Both the position numbers and the translations under genes were made by a program. This document shows, one piece after another, positions 1 to 10,287 of a stretch of DNA of 46,895 nucleotides (positions are counted from its first letter, which is position 1; the number at the start of each line of letters is the position of its first letter). Source of the stretch: Chloroflexota bacterium (GTDB taxonomy: Bacteria; Chloroflexota; Limnocylindria; QHBO01); assembly GCA_040882375.1 (NCBI GenBank), contig JBBEBK010000008.1, positions 1 to 46,895 of the forward strand, written 5' to 3'. The notes beneath the pieces were generated by a model. The model searched no databases. It was given only the letters and a program-made list of their open reading frames with translations, and was not told where the DNA came from.

Positions 1-797
1 ACCCGTACAACCCGTTCCTGGTGCCGTGGACCAACTCGCTCTTCGAGAACGCCCCGGCCGATGCCCTCGGGATCCGCGCCCGCTGGGACCAGGCCGGTCA
101 CCCGGAGCGCCGCATCTGGGCGCTGGGTGGCGATGGGGCGATGTACGACATCGGTTTTCAGGCCCTGTCGCGGATGGTCGCCTCCGGCGCCGATATCAAG
201 GTGATGGTGCTCGACACGCAGGTCTACTCGAACACCGGCGGCCAGGCCTCCACCGCCAGCTTCGGCGGCCAGGTGACCAAGCTGTCCGCCTTTGGGCGTG
301 AGCTGCACGGCCGGCCCGAGCGGCGCAAGGAGCTCGGCCGCATCCTGATCGGCCACGGCGATGTGTACGTGGCGCAGACCACGCCGGCGCACATCAACCA
401 CTTCTATCGCGCGGTGATCGATGCCAATGCGTACCCGGGCCCCGCGGTGGTGATCGTCTATACGCCGTGCCAGCCCGAGCACGGCATCGCCGACGACTCG
501 TCGAGCGCCCAGGCCAAACTGGCGGTCACCAGCCGCGCCTTCCCGCTCTTCACGTACGATCCGCGGCGCGGCGAGACGATCGCCGAGCGGCTGAGCCTGC
601 AGGGTAACCCGGCCCCGAAGGAGGACTGGTTCACCGCACCGAACGGCACGGTCCAGGATTTCCTCAGCTTTGCTCGTACCGAGGGCCGCTTCGCGCCGCA
701 CTTCGCGAAGGAAGAGCCCAGCGAGGAGATCGTGGCGACGCAGCAGGACCGGCTGGCGAACTGGCACACGCTCCAGGAGCTCGCCGGAACGCGCTAG
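1..797 (+). CDS. pyruvate:ferredoxin/flavodoxin oxidoreductase, C-terminal TPP-binding part (5' end lies outside the window)
   Basis: The reading frame is open to the window edge (codons from nt 3: PYNPFLVPWTNSLFENAP). GGDGAMYDIGFQALSRM and DTQVYSNTGGQAS are the TPP-binding signature region of PFOR/NifJ-type enzymes. Stop at 795-797. Confidence 0.85.
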   Translation, partial: PYNPFLVPWTNSLFENAPADALGIRARWDQAGHPERRIWALGGDGAMYDIGFQALSRMVASGADIKVMVLDTQVYSNTGGQASTASFGGQVTKLSAFGRELHGRPERRKELGRILIGHGDVYVAQTTPAHINHFYRAVIDANAYPGPAVVIVYTPCQPEHGIADDSSSAQAKLAVTSRAFPLFTYDPRRGETIAERLSLQGNPAPKEDWFTAPNGTVQDFLSFARTEGRFAPHFAKEEPSEEIVATQQDRLANWHTLQELAGTR

Positions 798-899
798 ACG
801 CCACCCGCGCCGCCTGTCCCGCTCGGAGGGGGCCAAATGACCCTGCCGCGAGTTCCTGCAGGCACCCCCGAGAGGGCCATTGGGCACTGATGCGCATCT

Positions 900-1274
900 G
901 TGCATATATCGGACGATCTGGTCATGGAACCGATCTACGACCTCCAGGCTGAGATCCTCAAGACGCTGGCCAACCCCCGGCGACTTGAGATCGCGCACCT
1001 GCTGGCGGACGGGCCGCTGACGGTGAGCCAGCTGGTCGCACAGCTCGGGATCGCACAGCCGAACGTCTCCCAGCACCTGGCCCTGATGCGCAGCGCCGGC
1101 GTGCTGGAGTCCGAGCGAGACGGTCGCGAGATCCGCTATCGCCTCGCCGACGCCGACTTCATCGTCGCCTGCGGGCTCATGCGCGCAGCGCTCCAACGAC
1201 GCCTTGTTCGCCTCGCCGCGCTCTCCACGAGCGGACGGAGCGTCCCCACACCGGCCGTGGCCGGGCACAGGTAG
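900..1274 (+). CDS. ArsR/SmtB-family winged-helix transcriptional regulator
   Basis: LANPRRLEIAHLLADGPLTVSQLVAQLGIAQPNVSQHLALMRSAGVLESERDGREIRYRL is a typical ArsR HTH plus wing. The start is either GTG 900 or ATG 924. The protein has a single Cys (C91). It lies 6 nt upstream of the DsrE-like gene on the same strand. Confidence 0.85.
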   Translation: MHISDDLVMEPIYDLQAEILKTLANPRRLEIAHLLADGPLTVSQLVAQLGIAQPNVSQHLALMRSAGVLESERDGREIRYRLADADFIVACGLMRAALQRRLVRLAALSTSGRSVPTPAVAGHR

Positions 1275-1280
1275 GAACCG

Positions 1281-1694
1281 ATGGAACAGAACCTCGCACT
1301 CGTCCTCTTCTCCGGCACCGACGACAAGCTGAACGCAGCGGCGGTGATGACCGCCGGAGCGGCAGCCATCGGGCGGCCGGTGCACATCTTTCTGCAGTAC
1401 TGGGCGCTCGACTCGTTCCGCGCCGACCGGATCGCCAATGACCACGGGCTCGCCCCGGAGGCCGGTGATGCGGGTCGCGACGCCGTGAACGCGCTGGCCG
1501 CCGCCGGCCAGGCACCCTGGCACGAGACCCTGCGCCAGGCCAAGGAGATCGGCGAGGTCGATATCCAGGCCTGCTCGCTCTCCATGGACCTGCTCCGCAT
1601 CACCGAATCCGACCTCGATCCGCTGGTGGACGGCGTGGAGGGCGTCACCGCCTTCTGGCTCGCCGCGAGCGACGGACAGGTCGTCTTCATCTGA
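1281..1694 (+). CDS. DsrE/DsrF-like sulfur-relay family protein (COG2210-like)
   Basis: N-terminal LALVLFSGTDDKLNAAAVMTAGAAA Rossmann-like DsrE fold signature. A single Cys sits in ACSLSMDLL, the same C-x-x-SMD motif as the paralog at 1970-2527. Confidence 0.75.
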   Translation: MEQNLALVLFSGTDDKLNAAAVMTAGAAAIGRPVHIFLQYWALDSFRADRIANDHGLAPEAGDAGRDAVNALAAAGQAPWHETLRQAKEIGEVDIQACSLSMDLLRITESDLDPLVDGVEGVTAFWLAASDGQVVFI

Positions 1695-1719
1695 CCCCTC
1701 GAACGAAAGGATCGCACCG

Positions 1720-1959
1720 ATGACTGTCACCACCAACGTCACGAGGACCGTCGACGCCCGTGGCCTCTCCTGCCCGCTGCCGATCGTGAAGACGGCGCTG
1801 GCGATCAAGGAGATCGGCTCCGGCGACGTGATCGAGGTCCTCGCCACCGACCCCGGCTCGACCAAGGACTTCATCGCATGGTCGAAGACGACCGGCCACG
1901 AGCTGGTCGAATCGACCGTCGATGGCAAGGTCTTCCGCTACATCCTGCGCAAGAAGTGA
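1720..1959 (+). CDS. tusA: TusA/SirA-family sulfurtransferase
   Basis: 79 aa. DARGLSCPLPIVK contains the conserved CPxP active-site cysteine motif. Size and the remainder (GDVIEVLATDPGS..DF) are typical of TusA. Confidence 0.85.
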   Translation: MTVTTNVTRTVDARGLSCPLPIVKTALAIKEIGSGDVIEVLATDPGSTKDFIAWSKTTGHELVESTVDGKVFRYILRKK

Positions 1960-1969
1960 GAGGCGCGAC

Positions 1970-2527
1970 ATGACCGCAACACTTACCAGGCCCGAAGTGC
2001 CGACTCCCCTCGTCGAAGAACTCGATGAGCCAGAGGCCGACGGGTCCGTCAAGGTCAAGGAGCTCGTGATCGTTGCCGAGAGCGGCGACCTGGAGCGAAC
2101 CTGGGCAACCACCATCCTGGCCAGCACGGCCGCCGCCGGTGAGATGAAGGTCTCCATCTTCTTCACCTTCTGGGGCCTCTTCACGCTGGTCCGACCCGAG
2201 GTCCGGCTGACCGGCACCAACTGGATGCAGAAGATGCTTGCCATGATGAATCGGCCCGGCATCGACCACGCCAAGCTGAGCAAGCTCAACTTCGCCGGCA
2301 TGGGCCCGTGGATGATGAAGAAGCTGGCCAAGCAGTACGGCGTCGCCGAGCCGCGCGAGCTGCTCGAGATGGCCCAGGCCCTCGGCGTGCGCCTGATCCC
2401 GTGCCAGATGAGCATGGACATGATGGGCATCACCGCCGACCAGTTGATCGACGGCGTGGAACCGGCTGTCGGCGCCGCCGCGGCGCTGGAGCTGATGACC
2501 AACGCCGACGCAAGCCTGTTCATTTGA
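1970..2527 (+). CDS. DsrE/DsrF-like sulfur-relay family protein with an acidic N-terminal extension
   Basis: The track ORF is 1922-2527. I prefer ATG 1970 because it avoids overlap with tusA. LVIVAESGDLERTWATTILASTAAAG resembles the N-terminus of the 1281 paralog. The Cys lies in PCQMSMDMMG. Confidence 0.75.
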   Translation: MTATLTRPEVPTPLVEELDEPEADGSVKVKELVIVAESGDLERTWATTILASTAAAGEMKVSIFFTFWGLFTLVRPEVRLTGTNWMQKMLAMMNRPGIDHAKLSKLNFAGMGPWMMKKLAKQYGVAEPRELLEMAQALGVRLIPCQMSMDMMGITADQLIDGVEPAVGAAAALELMTNADASLFI

Positions 2528-2553
2528 GCATCGAGAGAAGGACGGAAACCACG

Positions 2554-2799
2554 ATGCAGACCCAGACCACTCCCATCACCCGCACCGTCGATGCTCGCGG
2601 CAGCTACTGCCCCGGACCGCTGATGGAGCTGATCCGCTCCATCCGCGAGGGCCAGGTCGGCGACGTCATCGCCGTCTGGTCGAGCGACGCGGGCTCCAGG
2701 CTGGACATCCCCAAGTGGATCGAGAAGGCCGGTCATCGACTGATCGGCATCGAGACACGCGAGGGCTACGACGAGATCCTCGTCGAGAAGCTGCGTTAG
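2554..2799 (+). CDS. tusA: TusA/SirA-family sulfurtransferase (second copy)
   Basis: ATG 2554 lies within track ORF 2308-2799. 81 aa. DARGSYCPGPLMEL is a CPxP motif, followed by GDVIAVWSSDAGS..DI. Confidence 0.85.
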   Translation: MQTQTTPITRTVDARGSYCPGPLMELIRSIREGQVGDVIAVWSSDAGSRLDIPKWIEKAGHRLIGIETREGYDEILVEKLR

Positions 2800-2802
2800 G
2801 AG

Positions 2803-3963
2803 ATGGCCATGCAGAGGGTCGTCATCCTGGGCGGCGGCGTCGGCGGAACCCTCGTCGCCAACCTGCTGGTGCGCAAACTGCGCCGCCAGATCGATCGCCA
2901 CGAGGCGACCGTCACGCTCGTCGACGAGAAGGGGCAGCACGTCTACCAGCCCGGCTTCATGTACATCGCCATGGGCGGCGAGAAGGCGGAGAGACTCTCC
3001 CGCCCCGAGCGCAGCCTGCTCGATGATCGGGTCATCCTCGACGTCGCACGTGCGGTGAAGATCGACGAGGCGAGCAGCCGCGTCGATCTGGAGGACGGCA
3101 GGCATCTCGAGTACGACCAGCTGGTGATCGCCACCGGCTCGCGGATCGTTCCCGAGGAGATCGAGCACTTCGACACCGAGGCGCACCACTTCTACTCCCC
3201 GACCGCGGCGCTCCGCCTGCGGGAGGCGCTCGACGCCTTCACCGGTGGGAAGGTCGTGATCGGGATCGCCGGCATGCCCTACAAGTGCCCGCCGGCGCCG
3301 CTGGAGGTGGCATTCCTGGTCGAGTCCGAGCTCCGCGAGCGCGGCCTGCGGGAAGAGAGCGAGATGCACTACTGCAGCCCCATCGGTCGCGCCTTCACGA
3401 TCGAGAGCGTCAGCGAGATGGCGACCCCCATCCTGGAGGAGAAGGGGATCGAGCTCCACACCTTCTTCAACGTCGAGACGATCGACCCCGCGCGCAAGGT
3501 GGTGCAGAGCCTCGAGGGCGAGGAGATGCCCTACGACCTGCTGATCCTGGTGCCGCCGCACCGCGGCGCCGAGGTGGTCATCGACTCTGGCCTCGCTCCG
3601 GCCAGTGGGTGGCTGCCGACCGACCATCACACGCTCCAGGTCGGCGGCCGAGCGAACGTTTATGCGCTGGGCGACGCGACCGACCTGCCGCTCTCGAAGG
3701 CTGGCTCGACCGCGCACTTCGAGGCGCCGATCGTGGCCGAACGGATCACGGCGGCGGTGCAGGGACGCGAGCCAGAGGGCAAGCATGCCAGCTACACCGG
3801 CAAGGTGATGTGCTTCTTCGAGGTAGGAGACGGCAAGGGGACCTTGTTGCAGTTCGACTACAACAACCCGCCCAAGCCACCAAAGCCGAACCGCTTCTGG
3901 CACCTGGGCAAGATCGTCTTCAACAAGACCTACTGGCACACCGTGCCGAAGGGACGCGTCTAG
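2803..3963 (+). CDS. sqr: sulfide:quinone oxidoreductase-like FAD-dependent pyridine nucleotide-disulfide oxidoreductase
   Basis: N-terminal VVILGGGVGGTLVA dinucleotide fold. Cysteines are present in MPYKCPPAPLE and KVMCFFEVG, the positions of the redox cysteines of SQR-type enzymes. YALGDATD is the FAD motif. ATG 2809 is an alternative start. Confidence 0.75.
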   Translation: MAMQRVVILGGGVGGTLVANLLVRKLRRQIDRHEATVTLVDEKGQHVYQPGFMYIAMGGEKAERLSRPERSLLDDRVILDVARAVKIDEASSRVDLEDGRHLEYDQLVIATGSRIVPEEIEHFDTEAHHFYSPTAALRLREALDAFTGGKVVIGIAGMPYKCPPAPLEVAFLVESELRERGLREESEMHYCSPIGRAFTIESVSEMATPILEEKGIELHTFFNVETIDPARKVVQSLEGEEMPYDLLILVPPHRGAEVVIDSGLAPASGWLPTDHHTLQVGGRANVYALGDATDLPLSKAGSTAHFEAPIVAERITAAVQGREPEGKHASYTGKVMCFFEVGDGKGTLLQFDYNNPPKPPKPNRFWHLGKIVFNKTYWHTVPKGRV

Positions 3964-3975
3964 TCGGAGACGCCA

Positions 3976-6480
3976 ATGACCGATGATGGGGCGGTGATCT
4001 CCACCCCGCCCCACTCGACCGATGCGGTGGCCGCGGCCGCCGCGTTCGGCGTGCAGCCAGCGGACGGCCTGACCGATGACGAGGCCGCGCGCCGCCTGGC
4101 CGCGTCGGGGCCTAACGCGTTGGCAGCTCGGAGCGCACCGCCGCTGTGGCGGATGGTCTGGGACGCTGCGACCGAGCCGTTCATCCTGCTGCTGTTGGGC
4201 GCCGGAGCGCTGGCGGTGGTCCTCGGCGAGGTGCGCGACGGCCTGCTGGTGATGGGCGGCCTGCTGCCGATCGTGGCGGCCGACGTGGTGACAGGGTTCC
4301 GTGCCGAGCGGGCGCTGGAGGCGCTGCATGCCGCATCCGCGCCCATGGCCCGGGTCCGACGAGGAGGGGAGGCGCGGGACCTGCCGGCCGCCGAGCTCGT
4401 CCCGGGCGACGTGGTGCTGCTGCGGACCGGCGACGTGGTGCCGGCCGACCTGCGCCTGCTCGAGACAGATGCGCTCCTCGTCGATCGCTCCGCCCTCACC
4501 GGGGAATCGCTTCCCGAGGCGGGGTCGGTCGCCGCGGATCCGGTAGACAGCCCGCTCGCCGATCGTCGCTCCATGGCCTACGCGGGGACTTCGGTCGTTG
4601 GCGGGCGGGGCCTGGGGCTGGTGGTGGCATGCGGGCAGACGACCGAGATCGGTCGCATCGCCGGCGGCCTGGCCGTGGTCGAGCGCCGGCGCTCACCGCT
4701 GCAGCGCGAACTGGATCGTCTGGTCCGCATCCTGCTGGTGGCTGCCCTTGCGCTCATCGCCGTGACGGTGGGCCTGGGGTTCATCCGTGGTCAGCCGGCC
4801 GGTGCCAACCTGCTGGCCGGGATCAGCGCCGCCATCGCCGCCATCCCCGAAGAGCCGCCCATCCTGCTGGCGGTGATCCTCGGCCTCGGGGCGTATCGGC
4901 TGCTGCGCAAGGGCGTGCTGGTCCGGCGCCTGAACGCGCAGGAGACGCTGGGCGCGGTGGATCTGATCCTCACCGACAAGACCGGCACCCTCACCGAGAA
5001 CCGGCTCGCGGTGGCACGCGTCGTCACGCCGGCCGGACCGATGGAGCCGCAGCTCGCCAACCCGCTGCTGCTCGAGGCGCTGCGCGCCGAGGACGACGCC
5101 TGGCACGTGGCGGCCGGAGGCGTCGCCGGGCCGTTCGCGCGGGCGATCAGCGAGGCGATACCGGGAACTCCACCGGTGCTCGATCCAGCGGTCCTGCTTT
5201 CGTCAGAGGCACCCAGCGACGCCGCCCCCTATTCGGTGACGCGCGCCGCCGGCGAGGAGCTGGCGCTGGGCGCGCCGGAGGCGGTGCTGGGTCTGTGCGG
5301 GCGTGAGCGAACCGCCTGGCACGAGGCAGTCGCGCGCGAGACCGACGAGGGCGGCCGGCTTCTGCTCCTGGCGCGACGCCTTTCTGGCGCCGAGTGGGAA
5401 CCGCGCGCGATTCTCGTCTTCGCGGACCAGCTGCGCGCCGATGTTGGCGAGGCGATGGCGGTCGCGCGTGGCGCCGGGATCCAGACGATCGTGGTGACCG
5501 GCGATCACCCGCGCACCGCCGCCTCGGTCGCCCGAGACGCGGGCCTCGACACGGACCACGTGGTGACCGGCACCGAGCTCGACGGCTGGGATGACGCCCG
5601 CCTGGCCTCCGAGCTGCCGGCCATGCGCATCGTGGCCCGGGCGGTGCCGGAGCAGAAGCTGCGTATCGTGCTGGCGGCACGCGCGGCGGGGCGCACCGTG
5701 GCCGTCACCGGCGACGGGGTGAACGATGCCCCTGCCCTGCACCGGGCGGACGTGGCGGTGGCGATGGGGAGCGGCACGCAGGTAGCGCGCGAGGCCGCCG
5801 ACCTGGTCCTTGGTGACGACTCGTTTGCCACCCTGCTCGCCGGTCTGCGCGAGGGCCGTCGCATGGTCGAGAACGTGCGCAAGGGGCTTGTCTTCCTGGT
5901 CTCGACCCACGTGGCGCTGCTCGGCTTCATCCTGGTCGCCACGCTGGTCGGTTACGGCCAGCCGCTCCTGCCACTCCAGATCCTGTGGCTGGAGCTGTTC
6001 ATCGACGTGTCGACATCGGTCGCCTTCGAGCGGGAGGCGGAGGAGCCCGGCGCCATGCGCCGCCCGCCGCGCCCTCGCGGTGAGCCGCTGCTCACAACTG
6101 CGCTCTTCGGACGAATCGCGCTGGCCGGCTCGTTCACGGCGCTCGCCGCGCTGGCCGCCATGCAGTGGCACGACGGCAGCGCTGAGCATGTCCGCTGGCT
6201 GGCCTACACGGCGCTGGTGATCGGTCAGTTGGTGCGCGCGTATTCCAATCGCAGTCTCTCGCTCTCGGTGTTCAGCCTCCGCACCAACGGGTTCCTGGCC
6301 ATCGCCTGCCTGCTGGCGGTGGTGATCCAGGTCGCCATACCGTTCATTCCGCCGCTGGCAGATGCCTTCCGCGCCTCGCCGCTCGACGCGCTGGAGTGGG
6401 GGATCGTGGCCACCATCGCGCTCGCGCCGGCCCTCGTCGCTGAGGCAATTCGTCGCTCCGGTCGCACGTGGGTCGCCTGA
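3976..6480 (+). CDS. cation-transporting P-type ATPase (P2-like; ion specificity unknown)
   Basis: Carries the Cation_ATPase_N-like GLTDDEAARRLAASGPNAL, the phosphorylation motif DKTGTLTEN and the hinge TGDGVNDAPAL. The TM4 motif reads IPEEPP instead of PEGL. Starts 12 nt after the sqr stop. Confidence 0.9.
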   Translation: MTDDGAVISTPPHSTDAVAAAAAFGVQPADGLTDDEAARRLAASGPNALAARSAPPLWRMVWDAATEPFILLLLGAGALAVVLGEVRDGLLVMGGLLPIVAADVVTGFRAERALEALHAASAPMARVRRGGEARDLPAAELVPGDVVLLRTGDVVPADLRLLETDALLVDRSALTGESLPEAGSVAADPVDSPLADRRSMAYAGTSVVGGRGLGLVVACGQTTEIGRIAGGLAVVERRRSPLQRELDRLVRILLVAALALIAVTVGLGFIRGQPAGANLLAGISAAIAAIPEEPPILLAVILGLGAYRLLRKGVLVRRLNAQETLGAVDLILTDKTGTLTENRLAVARVVTPAGPMEPQLANPLLLEALRAEDDAWHVAAGGVAGPFARAISEAIPGTPPVLDPAVLLSSEAPSDAAPYSVTRAAGEELALGAPEAVLGLCGRERTAWHEAVARETDEGGRLLLLARRLSGAEWEPRAILVFADQLRADVGEAMAVARGAGIQTIVVTGDHPRTAASVARDAGLDTDHVVTGTELDGWDDARLASELPAMRIVARAVPEQKLRIVLAARAAGRTVAVTGDGVNDAPALHRADVAVAMGSGTQVAREAADLVLGDDSFATLLAGLREGRRMVENVRKGLVFLVSTHVALLGFILVATLVGYGQPLLPLQILWLELFIDVSTSVAFEREAEEPGAMRRPPRPRGEPLLTTALFGRIALAGSFTALAALAAMQWHDGSAEHVRWLAYTALVIGQLVRAYSNRSLSLSVFSLRTNGFLAIACLLAVVIQVAIPFIPPLADAFRASPLDALEWGIVATIALAPALVAEAIRRSGRTWVA

Positions 6481-6490
6481 TCCCGCCGTG

Positions 6491-6523
6491 GGCTGCGCGC
6501 GGCCAATGACGCGTTGCGCAGCC
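6491..6523 (+). terminator. stem-loop after the P-type ATPase stop (candidate intrinsic terminator)
   Basis: GGCTGCGC (6491-6498) is the exact reverse complement of GCGCAGCC (6516-6523). It is followed by tgcccGTTTG, so the U-tract is weak. Confidence 0.35.
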
Positions 6524-6552
6524 TGCCCGTTTGACAGAGCTCCTTGACTGTG

Positions 6553-6575
6553 CAACTATCTCCCATAGATAGTTG
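6553..6575. promoter_or_regulatory. perfect 9-5-9 palindrome (candidate operator) just upstream of the FMN reductase SD
   Basis: CAACTATCT-cccat-AGATAGTTG at 6553-6575. It is AT-rich in a GC-rich context and lies downstream of TTGACA (6531-6536) and TTGACT (6544-6549). It abuts the GAGGAAG Shine-Dalgarno, 13 nt before ATG 6589. Confidence 0.5.
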
Positions 6576-6588
6576 AGGAAGCAATCAC

Positions 6589-7164
6589 ATGTCCAACCAA
6601 CCGATTCGCATCCTGGGTATTGCCGGGAGCCTTCGCGCCGCCTCGTTCAACCGGGCGCTGCTGCGAGCCGCCGTCGAGCTGGCGCCTTCCAGCGTCGAGA
6701 TCACGACCTTTGACGAGCTTGGTGCGGTGCCGTTCTACGACGGCGACCTCGAGGCGGCCGGTGAGCCGAAGGCGGTCAATGCGCTGCGGACTGCGCTCGA
6801 CGCGGCGGACGCCGTCCTGTTCGTCACGCCGGAGTACAACGACGGCACCAGCGCCGTCCTCAAGAACGCGATCGACTGGGCCTCGCGTCCGCCCCAGCGG
6901 ACCATCGCCGGCAAGGTGGTTGCGGTGATGGGCTCGTCAGTTACGCCCGGCGGCGCGCGCGGCGGGATCGAGTCGGTGAAGCGCTCCCTGCGCCGGGCCG
7001 GCTCCGACGTGCTCGACGAGCAGGTCGCCATTCCGTCGGTCGCCGACGCATTCGATGCCGGCTTGCGCCTGACCGACAACCTGGTCCGTTCCGAGGTCGC
7101 GGCCCTGGTAGCCACCCTCGCGACTCGTGCACGCGCCGGTTCCGAGGAGACGCTCGCCGCCTAG
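6589..7164 (+). CDS. NAD(P)H-dependent FMN reductase family protein
   Basis: IRILGIAGSLRAASFNRALL and FVTPEYNDGTSAVLKNAIDWASRP are the characteristic flavodoxin-like FMN_red motifs. A GAGGAAG SD lies upstream. Confidence 0.85.
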   Translation: MSNQPIRILGIAGSLRAASFNRALLRAAVELAPSSVEITTFDELGAVPFYDGDLEAAGEPKAVNALRTALDAADAVLFVTPEYNDGTSAVLKNAIDWASRPPQRTIAGKVVAVMGSSVTPGGARGGIESVKRSLRRAGSDVLDEQVAIPSVADAFDAGLRLTDNLVRSEVAALVATLATRARAGSEETLAA

Positions 7165-7168
7165 TCTG

Positions 7169-8513
7169 TCAGGAAGTGGGTCGTCTGACGACCTCCTTGG
7201 CAATCAGGCGTTCCAGCGCCGCCAGCGGCAGCCAGAGCCAGTCGGGCCGGTTGTTCGCCTCGTAACGGACCTCGTAGCACGCCTTCTCGATCTCGAAGGC
7301 GGCGCAGAGCCGTTCATCAGTCGGCGAAAGATCCCCGTATGCCGACAGCAGTGCCACGCGCGCATCCGGCAGCCAGAAGTCCGGTGGCGGGCCGCCGCGG
7401 TCGCGGTGCGCCACATGCCCCGCGTAGTCGAGCGATCGGAGCATGCCGGCCACATCGCGGAGTGGCGAGGCGGGCGCACGCCGCTCGACGAGGGATCGCG
7501 CCGGCTCGCCCTCGAAGTCGATGACCGTGAAGCCGGTGCTCGTCCGCAGCAGCTGGCCGAGGTGGTAGTCGCCGTGAATTCGGGTGGCTCGCGCGCCCTC
7601 GGCCGAGGCGATGACCCCGAGGCGATCGCGAATGCCCGGCGCCATTGTCAGCAGCCGCTGGCGGGCATCGCCGTCCACCGCCGCCAACGCCTCCTCCAGT
7701 CGTCGTTCCGCAGAGGAGTGCCACTCGGCCCGCTCCGCGCGTGAAGCCGGTCGGGACGGAAAGGCGGGCAGCTCGGGGCGTGAAGCGAACGCCGCGTGGA
7801 GACGAGCCGTCAAGTTCCCAATCCTCGCGGCGCCGGACACCGCCGCCGCCTGTCCGGCCTTCGGGCCCGCCAGGCGATCCAGAACCCATCCCCACGCGTC
7901 ACCATCCGAGGGAACGAGCTGCTGCAGCATCGCCGCCGCGCACGACTCACCCACGTCAGGCCGGTACGTGACCCATCCGCCGAGCACGGGAGCATCCGAG
8001 AAGGCGACGGCGGTGAGAAAGGAGTTGACCTCGACCTCCGGATTGGCGCCGGGCTCCAGGTGGCGGTAGATCTTCAGGATCAGCCGGTCACCGAGGATGA
8101 CCGATGTGTTGGACTGCTCACCCCGCACGCGTCGCTCGGTGACGCCAGCAACGGCGTCCGCTCCTCCCCCGATGAGCTGGGTCAGCGCTGCCGTCGGTTC
8201 GAACGCGAAGCTGCCCCGGGCTCCCCGCAACGCGGCTCCGGACGCGATCAGGCTGACGATCGACCGCCATACGCCCTCTTCGTCGCGCGGCTCGCGGAAC
8301 CCGCTCTCCCCGGCGACAGCGGGTACCAGGTAGCGGCTCTCCACGCCGTTGGTGTCGGTGGCGGTGAGCACCACCAGCCAGGCCTCCCCGCCGGGAAGCC
8401 GCGCCGCGTCCGACAGCTCCACCCGATCCAGCGGGCGCGACTTACCCCGGAACCAGCGCTGGCCGGCCAGCCACGGCGCTGAGAGCGACTCGGCGAGGCG
8501 GTGCAGGCGGGGG

Positions 8514-8536
<23 letters not shown>
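7169..8536 (-). CDS. mak: maltokinase (maltose 1-phosphate-forming; Pep2/Mak)
   Basis: [79 protein letters not shown] and a C-terminal [18 protein letters not shown] closely parallel mycobacterial Pep2. Located directly downstream of treS. Confidence 0.9.
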
Positions 8537-10214
<1,678 letters not shown>

Positions 10215-10287
10215 ACGCCAAGCGTAGCGCCTGCAGGAAAGTTGGATTTCGCCCTTCTGGTGCACCCGCGGCCGATACGCTGCGCAC

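Noticed and set aside
1687-4329. 880-aa ORF on the minus strand spanning the whole sulfur operon
   Set aside because: It is antisense to six genes with clear family motifs. Its translation is low-complexity and rich in R/G/A/H/D/L with no recognisable domain. This is typical of a shadow ORF in GC-rich DNA, where stop codons are rare.
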